Positions 12,900-28,855 of a stretch of DNA of 64,000 bases are shown in pieces; the stretch's first letter is position 1, and the number at the start of each line of letters is the position of its first letter. The DNA lies in the NCBI GenBank assembly GCA_964016885.1, contig CAXHJY010000684.1:21308-85307 (forward strand), read 5' to 3'. Made by a program: the position numbers and the translations under genes. The stretch comes from Eledone cirrhosa. Taxonomy: Eukaryota. A model generated the notes under the pieces. The model saw only the letters and a list, made by a program, of their open reading frames with translations. It was not told the DNA's origin and ran no database searches.

Positions 12900-13560
12900 C
12901 TTCTTTACCGTCTAATCATCGTTCCCTGCATCTATTGGGCAGATTACAGTATCTGCTCTTACCCTTCTCTTGTAAGGGTCACGTTTTACTGACCAGAAGG
13001 TCAACCTGCTGCTAGTGCCACCTGTGTGGAATGCCCTGTATGCTGCGGCAGCTGATGCGTAGATATGCATTGGATCTCCATAATATGCAGAAATTTCTTG
13101 ATGGTGAGCCGGTCCAGAATCATTTTGTTGCAGCTCAGCTTTTCGACAATTCCAATTTTACCTCAAACGAAGATAAGTTTGTGGTTTGTGCGTCAATAGA
13201 TGGTATGGGTTGACAAAAACGATGGCATTTTCGAATGGATTCTAGTCACCGGCGAATATTAATTTAACATCTTATTCTCAAGTATTCTTACTACAGGTAT
13301 AATGCATAACTTTTCGAAATCCTTCGATTGCAGTGCCATAGGGGATATTATTGATCTTGAATTAAGTAAATAGCCATGCTAGGATCGTCAATGTCGAGGC
13401 TGCTCGAGATGAGTACAAAACGATGAAATCATTCTGTGTATTCGTTCAGTGTCCAAGCATTACTAGTTCGTAGAGTTCTTTATAGGACGGATTTGACTAC
13501 CAGTCGAGTGCATCATGAAAAGACGACATACTTTTGCAATCTGTGTTTTAGTAATGATCG
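12900..13560 (-). mobile_element. Possible highly decayed Tc1/mariner-like transposase remnant
   Basis: Broken minus-strand peptides QIAKVCRL..., FIVLYSSRAASTLT resemble the Tc1 N-terminal DNA-binding region; no intact DDE motif seen. Confidence 0.25.
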
Positions 13561-14271
13561 TTTATACATCGCGCTTGTGACTGTAAGCTGTTGTCCTTTT
13601 ACTCTTTTTACGCAGAAATTGGCATTAGGCACTATCCTCTTTCATTCTTTCCTTCTTTCTTTCTTTTTCTTTCTTCTTTCTTCTTCTTTTTCTTTTTCTT
13701 CTTGGTTGCTCCTCCCCCTCCTCCTCCTCCTCCTCCTCCTCCTCCTCCTTTTCATCACCGTCCTCCTCATCCTCCTCAACGGGATGATCACCACATCTAG
13801 CACCATTACCACACCACCATTGCTATCAGTACGATCATGATGATGATCATCATCATGGTCAAAACCATTATTATCATCATCATCATCATCATCGTCATCA
13901 TCATCATCAGCAGTAATGTTGATATTACAACAAAATCACACAATATTAATTTCATCTTCATAAAACAGATTCTACACAATTCCTTCACGTCTAGACGGCA
14001 ATATTTCCAATAATTAAATTCGCTTAAGGCCTAATTCCGAATGTAATATCTACTCTAGTTACTTTTAAAATAACAATCATTTCACAAACATGACGTGGCG
14101 TGTTTACGTGGTCATTACCTAATTCAGGATGACAAACACACACACACACACACATTTACACACATAGACACACACACACGCATACACACACACACACACA
14201 CACACACATAGACACACACACACACACACACACATATATATCTATATATATATATATGTATGTATGTGTAC

Positions 14272-14640
14272 GATAATGGCAATTGCAAAGGCAAGATGTA
14301 GAAAGTAGAAATTCATATGTCATTCTATTCAGAATTCACCATGATACGTATTTCTGTAGCAAGGCAGTCACCACTCAACCACCAACATCACTTCATCAGA
14401 CAGCACGTTAACTAATAAGGTTGTTATGTAACATTCCATTCCAATATAAACTATAATGAAATGTGTATGTTCTTTCGCAGCCTGTCTTTTTATTTATATC
14501 CCATGGTGTCATATGATGCCTTGTTGGTAGTTGCGTGATAATTCTACTATGTAACCATGAAAGCAACAGAAATATGTATTACGGTGGATTCTGAATAAAA
14601 TTGAGTTATGAATTTCTATATCTGGCCTTTGCAATTATCT
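14272..14640. repeat. Old diverged inverted repeat (arms ~14272-14405 and ~14503-14640) containing a decayed hammerhead-like motif
   Basis: AATTGCAAAGGC...TAGAAATTCAT...TATTCAGAAT mirrored by ATTCTGAATA...ATGAATTTCTA...GCCTTTGCAATT; left arm minus strand has CTGATGA...GAAA-TACGTA-TC. Confidence 0.7.
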
Positions 14641-15930
14641 TTATTTTACGTATACTCCGTCATTAACTACTAACTCGCATTTGATGAGGATGGTGATGAT
14701 GTTGATGATGATGATGATGATGAATGTCCAATAAAAAATATTCACTCATCGGTAGGAATGACCGCGTATATTAACTGAGGGTAAAAACCCATTACAAATC
14801 CGGGTTATTGAATATACCCTTTCCCTGTTTCTTTTCCTCCTGTCTTAAACAAGCCTTGTCTGGGTAGGTGTAATCAGCTTCGTCATTCTCGCCACTATCA
14901 CCCACTATTTGCGAAACACTTTAAATATTAGAACGACTCTCTCAACTCTCATTTTCCTCTTCAATTGGTACAAGAAGAAGTTAATGAGGTCTTGCTCTCA
15001 AACCTTTCACCCGTGATCAGCATACTACAACTTTTACTACAGCTGCTATGCAGAAAAAAAAAAATCTTGTCGCTCTTCCTTGTGTTTCAATTTTTTCTAT
15101 AGATTTGGCTAACATTCTGATGAGTCGACACGATTCCACGATATAATCGCCCAGAGTGCATCACGGAAAGATTCGGCCGTTCGCACTTCCGTGCCTATAG
15201 AGCATTTCTCAAACAAGGAAGCACCCCTATAGCAATGCCATACCAAGAACGTTTCCAAATTATCATTGTCTCCAACTTGAAAGTCCAAAAGTATCTGCTC
15301 AGGTTCTCTTATATAATGCCAAGATTAGTTACTAGGCCATCGTCTCTCACTCCCTCCCTCCCTCCCTCCCTCAAGAGAGAGAAGGATAGAGACGAGAAGA
15401 AGAAAGAAAGAACTAAAGAAAGAAAGAACGAACGACGAATGAATGAAATGTACAGAAAATAGAGTGAAAGAATAAGATTATTTTGCTTCTGTTATAGTCT
15501 TTTTTTTTTTACTAGTAATCATATGAAGTGATAAACCTATTCTTGTGTGCATATGTATGCATGAAAATGATTTTATCTTCGTAGTAGGAGAGAAAGAAAG
15601 AATTAATTAATGGAAGAAAAGAAAAATAAGTACCGAAAAGAGAGATTTATGTACATACTCGCGTGAATGTACAGATGCATAGATAGCACACAATATGTGA
15701 GATTTTCTACTTCTCCTTTCCAATTACATTATCTCCATCTCTATCTATTCCTCTCCTTTCCTCCTTTTCCTCTCGCCCCCATCTCTCTCTCTCTGCCTCT
15801 CTATATATATGTATATATATAGATATATATAGGTATATGTGTGTGTCTATATATATGTGTGTGGGTATATATATATATATAACCAAATGAAAAAGATATA
15901 TATATACACACACACATATATATACATGTA

Positions 15931-16055
<125 letters not shown>

Positions 16056-16120
16056 TCACACACAGATCTTTCTCTTTTTTCACTTTTTCTCCCACATTCT
16101 GTATCTAACTATCTATCTAT

Positions 16121-16181
16121 TACCCGCCGTCACGTCTTATAATGTCCCATTTTTGTACGCCCCTGTGGCGAATAAAGAAAT
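16121..16181 (+). mobile_element. Short 3'-terminal fragment related to the Tx1-like LINE at 35920-36869, in (TATC)n context
   Basis: TGTCCCATTTTTGTACGCCCCTGTGGCGAATAAAGAAAT resembles TGTCCCCTTCTTTTGTGCCCTTGTGACTAATAAAGAAAT; TATC repeats on both sides. Confidence 0.6.
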
Positions 16182-16540
16182 ATATCTATTAATATTTCCA
16201 TTTATCTTTCTATCTGCTCCTTTTCTCCTTTCTCTTTTACATTCGCCGTTTCTTTCACTCTTTCTATTACCATATCTATATTATAATCTGTCTATCCTAA
16301 TTTTGGTGTCCAACACTTACCTTCATTACCTTTCTCCTCGTCGTTTCTCTTTCCATCTCTCTCTCTCCTTCTCTCCCTCTCTCCCCCCTCTCTCTCTCCT
16401 TCTCTCCCTCTCTCCCCCTCTCTCTCTCTCCTTCTCTCCCTCTCTCCTCCTCTCTCTCTGTCTCTGTTTGTATATGTGTAAACCCCCCCACACACACATA
16501 TATATATATACATACATACATACATACATACATACATACA

Positions 16541-16574
<34 letters not shown>

Positions 16575-16875
16575 AATATATATATATAGCCAGTCTGATG
16601 CTTGGCCGAAATAAAGAATATGTTTTCCTCTACTGTGATATTAAGTATTCGCTCACGCAACCGTCATTTCTAATCGGATATACGTATATATATATATATA
16701 TATATGAAATATACAGAGAGTGAAATAGAGAACGAGATAGATAGATAGAGTGAGAGAGGGAGAGAGCGAGAGAGGGAGAGAGAGAGAGAGAGATGGATAT
16801 ATATATATATATATTCCTGTTTTAACGACATCACAACTTTCTCCGGCTTAGCCTGTTCCCCCCCTTTCGGAACTT

Positions 16876-16911
16876 TCCCCCGTTGATGGGCGTGAGCCCG
16901 AAATATTGGGA
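16876..16911 (+). ncRNA. Decayed minimal hammerhead motif
   Basis: TCCC-CCGTTGA-T-GGGC(GTGA)GCCC-GAAA-TA-TT-GGGA: stems I and II intact, two core substitutions relative to CTGANGA; island bounded by (TA)n. Confidence 0.5.
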
Positions 16912-17000
16912 TTAAATCTCCACTACGGTAACCCTTCTACCTTTGTTTTGTTTTCATCTTTGTCTCTCTCAATTTTCACTTTCTCCTATTTCTCCTATCT

Positions 17001-17085
<85 letters not shown>

Positions 17086-17889
17086 AGAGTTGTGTTTTTG
17101 TTTGGATTGATTTATAAAGTTTTATATACAAACAAACATCTACGAAAGAAAAGACTCAATATTAGTTAAATTCTTGATACCTATAAGTTTCACCTCTGGC
17201 GCCATATGCAACCAGTAATGAAAGTCCAGAATTTGTTAACATTCATTCAAGAATCCTTTTTCAATGGAACATTTCTGTGTAAGATAGTATTGGTAAATTT
17301 AGTTTAGATTTATAATAATTAATAGTGGGTTAAATTTAGAAATTAAACGCCTGCAATAAAGAAATCGACAGACATATTTCAGGACACATTATAGTACGTA
17401 AGTCTACTTACTCTATGTATGAAACATGACAGAATGGTAATGGTAAGTTATGCAGTTATGCATAAAAATGGCTACACTGCAACTCCACCACTACATCATC
17501 TCCCACTACGATTCATTTAAAATCAGTAGAACAACAACCGGTACACAACTATAAAATGAGATTTATGTGCCCAAAGAGATGGGTTAACAACTTTTTTGAT
17601 TGCTCGTCCTGTCTACTATTTGTGGTGCTAAATACCATTAGAAACAAATGAAGGTAATACAATCCCTCTCAAGCACTGATATTTATATTTAAGTAAGTCC
17701 TTGTCTACTTCTAATGAATCATCAAGAATATTCTTATTATGATTGATTTGCGTCAGCTATAAAAGGTTTTCGATCCCCAGGTGAAAACCACGTGACTACA
17801 TTTACGAGACTAGTGCTATCGATACAGATTTAGATGCCTCGGCACTTCATTTTAGTCATTCTATAACTAGTAAACATTAAATTATACTC

Positions 17890-18069
17890 GTGGATTGGCA
17901 GTATCGGTAGAGGGTCGGACGCCATGCTTTCCAGCATAGTTACGTCCCTTTACGATCTGAGTTCAAATCCCGCCGAGGTTGACTTTGCCTTTCATCCTTA
18001 CGGAGTCGATAAAATAAAGTACCAGTAATGCACTTGGTAATTGCTGGCCTTGTGCCTAAAGTAGAAACA
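17890..18069 (+). mobile_element. SINE family A, near full length with 14-bp TSD
   Basis: TSD ATTAAATTATACTC at 17876-17889 and 18070-18083. Confidence 0.93.
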
Positions 18070-19387
18070 ATTAAATTATACTCAAGTATGGAATTCAATG
18101 AGATGTTTTTGTTGTTATTGATTAGTTTCGTATTATACCTGATCATACAGGACTATGATCAAAGGCATACTTAGCTGCGTGGTCATTTTGAGCTGCCATA
18201 GGCAACGAGAAAGACAGTTTCCATAGAAGTGTTTGTAGCCTGAGAAAGATATTTATGTTTATTCAAGCTTAACAAGGTTCTCTTATGAAAAGCATTTGTC
18301 TTCAGGAATAACAAGGATATGAAGAGTTACTATAGTGCTTACAGTTAACAATAATCTTTTGGATAAACAAAACTCAACAAGGTCAAATTATTATTATTAT
18401 TCGATAGACCTATTTTTATTACACGTTTTAACTGCGCTATAGACCATAGCTCTGTACACGTTCGGCATGCGCACCATTTTGTTTTGGTTTTGCATTTTTA
18501 TTATGTCAAAATCAGTATAAATAATATGTGATCAATGCGTAGTAGTGTATTTCTAAGTAGGTTGTTTAATTTTGTAAGATGTTAGATGTATTTTCTATCT
18601 ATAAAATAAAATTTCCAGTTACAAGGCTAGTTTCTATGTTTAGTCACCATATTTCGTTTATCCTCATTTTCTGATATATATATATTTACATCATTTCTCC
18701 AGTTCATTTAGACATACTATCTAGAAATAATATTTTGATTAAGAGATATTTGATACCATGTTGGTCTTTTTCACAATTATATATTGTCGATTAACCTTGA
18801 CCTCTCTCTCTCTATATGTACTGAAATCTCCCAGAGTATGGTTGCTTTGTTATTCTCTGAAGCTTTTTCTAGTCTAAGTTTATACAATTTATTTTTGCCG
18901 GTATTATTTCATAATGCCGGCATAATTTCTAGTGTAAGAAAATGACAAGTATCACATACTTGTATTTACAGCTTATTTCGTTTTGATCTTTAAGTTATTA
19001 ATTAAAATCTTTCGATGGATGATGCGCTAAATTACAAACTATGGTGTAACATAATCCTATGTTCCTATCTCACAAATTTCTGGTCTTTTACTCAAATTGG
19101 AAATAATTTTTCCTTTTCATTATTAGCTATTGACACACATGGATATTATATTAGCTCGCTTCCATTAAATTGTATTTTATACAGTCTTACTGGATGAAAA
19201 ATATTTCCCTTTGGATTATTTTGCAAACAGTAAACTTCCATTTTAATATTTAATAAAAGGCCTGTTGTTATTCATATATTTATTCTTTTACATATCTTAA
19301 TGTATACATAAAGACTAAAATGTTAACATGAAGTACAACGAGAATTATGAACAAGAGAGGAAGTAGTATTCTGAAGCAATACTCGAT

Positions 19388-19573
19388 AACTGTTTCTACT
19401 TTAGGCACAAGGCCAGCAATCACCCAGTACATTACTGGTACTTTATTATCGACCCCGTAAGGATGAAAGGCAAAGCCAACCTCGGCGGGATTTGAACTCA
19501 GATCGTAAAGGGACGTAACTATGCTGGAAAGCATGGTGCCTGACCCTCTACCGATACTGCCAATCCACCGCCC
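19388..19573 (-). mobile_element. SINE family A, full length
   Basis: Complete reverse-complement copy; CTCGATAAC on both sides is a probable TSD. Confidence 0.92.
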
Positions 19574-19849
19574 TCGATAACAATATTGAAATGAGTTATA
19601 TAACGCTATATAGAAACAAACACTCGAAGACACCGATAATAAGAACCACAATTGTACGTTAAAAAAAGGGAATTTTCGTAACATAAATAACAGCGAGTAC
19701 AACAAAAACAATGCACATAGACACAAATATCTTTCACCAATATGTCATATTAAATATTTAGTTATGGTGAAATAAAAGCATGATAGACCAATGGTTACCT
19801 GGATTCTAAAGAATTGTCTCCTTACCCGATTAATATATCCAGAATCGAG

Positions 19850-20370
19850 CATGGAAGAAAGTGATTTACCTTTGTCTCACAAAAGGAAGAGGTGTTGTCT
19901 ACGCTTTCAAAAATGAATTTAATGTGACGCTATACGAGGTCTGGATGAAACATTTAAGCATTGAAAAGGGCAAGGTCTATGGAACCATGTGCTTAACTTT
20001 TTGGAGCCGCGAGGAAAGGAATATTTCCTGAACTCTCAGCTTATCTAAACATGGCGATGAGGTTTTTTTATGTCCACAAAAATGTAGTGGCTGCGAGTCC
20101 CCGCCAGTAAGTGGAACTATGTTTATCTCTTCGGCTTTATAAGTGAATGTGTCCCCTTCTTAACATCGAGGACGTAGCCAAATGGCAGGAGGAGTTGGTG
20201 CGCTTGCCTCTTGCACATATGTTCATGTTAGAATATATAGGACAACGCGATACTAGAGATATTGATAAAGATATTGATTCTTGGTGCGTCGCCATATTTG
20301 CTGTACAGAAAGAGCAGACAATGAACGTAGAGGGAACACGGGTCAATATGCGATCAAGTGAGTCTACATA
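19850..20370 (+). mobile_element. Possible decayed L1/Tx1-type ORF1 remnant
   Basis: Non-repetitive, coding-like composition with broken frames (KGKVYGTMCLTF, YVYLFGF, DIDSWCVAIF); assignment is by recollection only. Confidence 0.2.
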
Positions 20371-20394
20371 GACAAGGTTTGCGTCTACCTAGGA

Positions 20395-20700
20395 TCCGAC
20401 AAGGAGTGTTCCAGGTTTTCGAACAATGGAACAGCGTATTCCTGAAATTAACGTGCAAGTTGTGGAGCATTCCATAAACATCTGTACCATTAATGTATTT
20501 CTCAGGGTGATTTAGTGTGTCATTATATGTGACAAGAATAGCCTTTTGAATTACAGGTACAACTTATTTTTGTCAGTTAAGTGGGCTGAAGCAGCTTGAA
20601 ATAAAATGTCTTTTTCAAGGAAACAACGTGCCACCGAGTGCTGAACTCGCGACATTACGATCGTGAATCAAACAGCATAACCTCTATGACACGCGTGGTC
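20395..20700 (-). mobile_element. SINE family C, diverged
   Basis: tRNA-like head and TGCACGTTAATTTC...CTGGAACACTC tail, homologous to 26090-26320. Confidence 0.65.
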
Positions 20701-20867
20701 ATGGTGACCCTAGCTAAAAAACAAATACAAAACTAAAGTATGAAGAAAGGCCAATCGCTTTCCATGCGGCAGTAATAAATACTTGAAGGTATTCTGCCCC
20801 GAGGAATTCCAAAAGCAAGCAGAGACACAAAACAAACAAGATAACAGCATATGAAGCAACAACGAGA

Positions 20868-21449
<582 letters not shown>

Positions 21450-21634
21450 AATCAGGTGAAAGTGTTCGAGAGGGGGTGAATAAGCAATGGCTGTGGTCGT
21501 AAAAGTAGAAAACGTGCAATCTATTTGTTGTTGTCGTTGTTGTTTTGAATTGTTCGAATTTCTGTTCGTTGCAATTGTTGTTGTTTGTTTGTTTGTTTTC
21601 GTTGCTAGTGTTACTGTTAAGGATGTTGTTTTTG

Positions 21635-21901
21635 GTGATGGTGATGGTGATGGTGATGGTGATGGTGTTAATGTTGATATTGTTATTGTTGATAATGATG
21701 ATATATGATGATGGTAATGATGATAACGATGATGATGATGATGATGATCATGATGATGACGATGTTAAAAATCATGATGATGATGATGATGATGATAATG
21801 ATGATAACGATGATGATGATAATGATGATAACGATTACGATGATGATGATGATGACGATGATGATGAAGATGATGATGATGATGATGATGATGATGATAA
21901 C

Positions 21902-21959
<58 letters not shown>

Positions 21960-21975
21960 GTGATGGAGATGATGT
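21635..21975. repeat. (GAT)n microsatellite
   Basis: Directly visible. Confidence 0.95.
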
Positions 21976-22144
21976 AGATGACTATAGTGTTGTCATCTGA
22001 GCTGATGCTAATAACCACACATGCCTGAAGCGATCAGAGAATGAGCAATGAAGTTAAGGCGACTGAAGGAATGGGAGAAGAATATATGAAGAAGGACTGG
22101 TATAAATAAATAAACAAGAAAGTAGAATATAATGAGGGAGAAAG

Positions 22145-23810
<1,666 letters not shown>

Positions 23811-24127
23811 CGTATATGTTACTTTTGCAATAACTATATATATTGCTCATGTATAAATACGCGCGCGCACACACACAATATATTGTGTTCCCCTCTTTAT
23901 GCGCTTATATTGGTATACTAGTTCTACGTTACACACACACACACATACACACACACACACATACATACACACATACATACATGTACATTATATATATATA
24001 TTATGTATATGAATCTGAACAATATCGAATACACATTGCGTATTCAACACCACACCATCATCACCACCACCATCAACCAACACACCCGCCAGCACTATCC
24101 CTCACCCACAACAATAGTTTCTACTAG

Positions 24128-24168
<41 letters not shown>

Positions 24169-25934
24169 ACATTTCTATCTTTGCTGCTACTGCTGCAATC
24201 CATGTTTTATTCCTATCAACAATATCATTAACACAACCACCAACACTACTATTATATATCACCACCACCACCACCACCATCACCACCACCATCACCATCA
24301 CCACCATCTCCATGACCACCACCATGTCTATGACCAACAGTACCGAAGCTGTTTCTAAATCGTGTCTTCATCTGTCAAAAATCCCTGCAAAATGTCTCTC
24401 TATTCTCACTATACTTTCTTTTAAAAATATAGAAACCACAAGAACACATATGATAATATACCCCTAGATACATTATTTTAAAATGTGAAGAGTTGATCAC
24501 AGTTGAAAATAAATCTTTAATCAAATCTCTGCTGAATCAAATCTAACCTAGGGCTAAAATAACAACAACTATTGCATTTTAAATGTATAGAATAAAGTAA
24601 TGTAAAAATCATTCCTCTCAGAAACACACTAAAAGAAATAATTCTAGAGGACTTGAACTCTACACTTGATAACCAGCACCTCTGTCACTGATCTAATCGG
24701 TCATTCACCTCTTTATAGAATCTCTAAACATATTTACGCGTACTATTAAATAATTGGGTCAAAATATCCATGATAATATGATATAAACCAAGTTATTAAG
24801 TTAATATTTTCAATACATCATTTGGCTATGATATAACCTGAGATAGAGAGGGGGGGGGGGGAGTAGGGAGATAGAAAGAGGGAAACCGAGAACAAGAGAG
24901 GGACAGGGATGTAGAGAAACTATAAAAGAAGAACGTTTCTTACAATCAATATACGTTTATTTTACGGATATGACGTAAAGATAACCGGATATGACATTTT
25001 AAAGTAATTTGCAAAATATAATTACATCGCGTGTGTTGCTAATAATATTTTCATTGACCCATTCAGCTTCATTCATCAAATTGTTGCTTTCATTTTTGTC
25101 TGTCTGGCTGTCTAGATTTTCCCTTTCTTTTTCCTTCCTTTTTTTCTTTTTTTTTCCTCTTCTCTTTCGCTCTCATCCTTTTTTTCATTCTTTGTTTCCT
25201 TCTTTCTTCCCCACTTTCCTTTTGTAATTTGACGAAGCATCTATTGCTTTCAGATTTAGTGGTTTTAATGATTTGATTTCTTTCGCCTTCAGTGTGAGAT
25301 CGTAGATCAAATACACTTCGCCAACATATTGATTGGAAATCTTTATTTCTTATTTTAAATACGCTATATTTTCTAGCGTTGTATAAAGTAATGATATGAT
25401 GTAAATTTATATATGTTTCGATTCGTTTCTTTCAATTAGTTAATTGCAGTTGTGGCAATTTACTTATTTGTTAATGATGATTGAAGTCTCGATTTCATAT
25501 CTAAAATTATAGACATATTCATAATACAAGTAGATATTTATAGAATCTACATAAAGTTGTTTCTCTCTATATAGAGAGAAATCTAGTAATATATAAATAT
25601 CGGGATAAATATATGAATTTATTCTTAACTAAAAACGAAATATTGTTTTCATAGTTATAACTCTAAAAGAGAGTGATCTTAATATCAACGTGGTTCGGAT
25701 TCAGTTATATTTGGCGTAGCTAGAAACAAAGTCATGTTAAATGATGATTCACATCCAGAATAAAAATCCCGGTCGTTTACATCTGGCAAATATATGTAAA
25801 TTTATGTACAAAGTTTTTAAATATATTCACTGTAGAACATTTTATGACATAATATACCGGACGTAACTGAATATATGATATAAGGATTCGAACATGTGTA
25901 CAATTTATGTAAATATCTTTGACCTTTATTGATT

Positions 25935-26320
25935 CCAACAGCGAGTGTTCCAGTTGATACAATCAACGGAACAAACTGTTCTAAAATTAACAGGCAAGTG
26001 GCTGAGCATTCAGCAGAGATATATACCCTTTGCATAACAATTATAACGCATTTTTGCAATTTGTTGACTAGAGCAATGTGAAATTTTGCAAACCGCTTTC
26101 ACGTTGCTACCCTCCACTCGACTGGCAAAAAAAAAATGAGTTTTATCTGTAAATCGAAGGGCCAGCACTGTCATATTCTGTGTGACGCTGAATCTCCCTG
26201 AAAACTACGTTATGACTACACCTGTCTGTGGAATGCTCAGCCATTGGCACGTTAATTTCACGAGTAGGATGCTCCTTTGATTAGATCAACAGGAACACTC
26301 GTCATCGTTATAGAGGGTAT
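25935..26320. mobile_element. Two SINE family C fragments in opposite orientation (25935-26040 minus, 26090-26320 plus)
   Basis: GAATGCTCAGCCA...GTTAATTT...GGAACACTCG present on both strands. Confidence 0.65.
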
Positions 26321-26823
26321 AGTACACACGTATCATTTAAGATAAAACTTATACAAAAGTATCTTTTTTATCTATACGTCAGCAGAAAGGTTATTTTTGA
26401 GGTTTCACACCTTGTTTGCTCTCTGTTAGGTATGCTTATTGTCAGAATGTTTGAAGGTCATTTCTTGATTCAAGAAAGGGTTTTGAAACGACTCTCTGAC
26501 ATAAGTCCAGACTTCTCTTATGTGATTCTGGTTTGCGGAGGTCAATTCTGCTTCATATATTACCGATGGAATGTTGCACTGTTGGTCAAGGGGTCATTCT
26601 TCTGGTCTTTTGCACGAGGATCCGGAAAGTGGAAGGTTCTTGCGTCTATTGGTGATGTTTATTGGGATTTAATGGTGTTAGTACTTGAATACACTACTTT
26701 CACTGTGTTAGTGTTAAAATTGTGAATCTAAAAGTGCTAGGAATTTATGTATATATATGTGTGTGTGTGTGCGTGTGTGTGTGTGTATGTGTGTGTGTGA
26801 GTGTCTGTGTATGTATCTCTCTT

Positions 26824-26922
<99 letters not shown>

Positions 26923-26959
26923 TATAAAATTCCGTTATAACGGAATTTCACTATATATA

Positions 26960-27137
26960 TAGTGAAATTCCATTATGACGAAATTCATGGGGTATAAAAC
27001 AAAGTCGTTGTAACGAAACATTCTGTATAATGAGCTCGCCCTAATATATCGAGCTTGCGACTGGGTACTGACAAAAATTTCGTTATACTGAAAAATACGT
27101 TATAATGGTAGTCGTTATAACGGAATTTTACCTGTAT
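26960..27137. mobile_element. pogo/Tigger-like MITE in (TA)n
   Basis: Imperfect TIRs AGTGAAATTCCATTATGACG and CGTTATAACGGAATTTTACCTG, internal CGTTATA sub-repeats, TA flanks. Confidence 0.6.
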
Positions 27138-27155
27138 GGATATATATATATATAT

Positions 27156-27209
<54 letters not shown>

Positions 27210-27217
<8 letters not shown>

Positions 27218-27371
27218 CAATCACAGGGGATAATTTTTACAAGTGTGTAAGCACACACAGCTAGGTAGGTAACTAACTAAAGTTAACTAGAACTTCAAAA
27301 ATAGATACCTTATAATATGATTGTGTGTGCTTACACACTTGTAAAAATTATCCCCTGTGATTGTTTCATAT
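27210..27371. repeat. Perfect 50-bp inverted repeat (27210-27259 and 27322-27371) starting at a (TA)n edge
   Basis: ATATGAAACAATCACAGGGGATAATTTTTACAAGTGTGTAAGCACACACA and its exact reverse complement. Confidence 0.93.
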
Positions 27372-27529
27372 GTTTATTTATATGTTAATCAATTTCTAGT
27401 TGTTATAAAATGCTCGGACCTATTCATTAGAATCTTGGAGCTTATTTGACGGGTCATATGGTGCATGCCTTGTGGCATGACACCCATAATTTTGATTTAG
27501 ATTAAATTATTTTTGATTTACCTTAATTT

Positions 27530-27579
<50 letters not shown>

Positions 27580-27785
27580 TAGAGAGATGCGAGAGGGAAG
27601 CGAAGTGACATATAGACATTTTTAATATAGAGCCATATTCAGTCACAGCCAAGAATCCTTATAATTATCCTCTCTTATATAAAAAGGCGGGCAGTCTTCA
27701 CTCTACATTCCGATTGCTTATGATAGCAAAATCACTTCCTCTCCAGTATATCAGCCGCAGCACTGGCCTTACGTTATTATATACA

Positions 27786-27888
<103 letters not shown>

Positions 27889-27963
27889 TATATTTATATA
27901 TATATATCTATATAGGTAAGTTACATCCTAAAGTATGATACAGTTCTAGTCCTATAGAATCTC

Positions 27964-27994
<31 letters not shown>

Positions 27995-28208
27995 TTCGTT
28001 TCTGAATTTGTTTAGCAAGATTCTTTATCTGAAAAAGTGTGTTGAAACCGATATTGTTATACTTTGGGTGGGTCATGTTGCCAATGAGAAACACACGCAC
28101 CAGTTGCTTTCACTTCAATTTATTATAATAAATTTATAAATTTAGGAATTTATAAATTTCCGGTTGGTTGGTTGGTTGGTTCCACAACCAGATGGTTGTT
28201 TATATATT

Positions 28209-28251
28209 GTCAAAGTTCTTTCGTCACACATTCTGTGACCTCTTCAGTGAC
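28209..28251 (-). ncRNA. Minimal type-I hammerhead ribozyme motif (PLE-associated)
   Basis: GTCA-CTGAAGA-G-GTCACA(GAATG)TGTGAC-GAAA-GAAC-TT-TGAC: 4-bp stem I, 6-bp stem II, intact core; homologous to the decayed motif at 37293-37335. Confidence 0.7.
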
Positions 28252-28319
28252 TGGCGATTCTTTTCTTTGTTTTTTGTGCCTCTCCTTTGTTCTGTCCTAC
28301 GCCATCTTGTTTTATATAT

Positions 28320-28624
28320 ATGTAATCTGAGATTTTTGAATATTAATAATAACATTCGATTCGTTTGCATTTATGCAAACAAGCCTCAATTTGATAGCCA
28401 TGTCAGTAGAATGAACCCTTCATTCTTGCTCTTGTGTTGGCATGTGAACATATATATATATATATATATATATAATTCACACATATATATATATGTTCAC
28501 ATGCCAACACAAGAGCAAGAATGAAGGGTTCATTCAACTGACATGGCTATCAAATTGAGGCTTGTTTGCATAAATGCAAACGAATCGAATGTTATTATTA
28601 ATATTTGAAAAACTCAGATTACAT
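28320..28624. repeat. Inverted repeat, 131-bp arms (28320-28450 and 28494-28624) around a (TA)n spacer
   Basis: Near-identical arms; right arm bounded by (TA)n on both sides. Confidence 0.93.
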
Positions 28625-28645
28625 TTATATATATATATATATATA

Positions 28646-28780
<135 letters not shown>

Positions 28781-28819
28781 CATCAAACTTCCAACCTCCT
28801 CTTTCTCTTAACTTTACTC

Positions 28820-28855
28820 TTTCCTGATGAAGGAATAACGACCAAAACGTTGAAA
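28820..28855 (+). ncRNA. Decayed minimal hammerhead motif
   Basis: TTTC-CTGATGA-A-GG(AATAACGA)CC-AAAA-CG-TT-GAAA; GAAA mutated to AAAA; same layout as 10663-10698. Confidence 0.45.

Noticed and set aside
15118-15175. CTGATGAGTCG as a hammerhead core
   Set aside because: No convincing stem II closing onto GAAA and no stem I.
26430-26720. Second PLE endonuclease C-terminal remnant on the minus strand
   Set aside because: Only faint resemblance across frameshifts; not supportable without a search.
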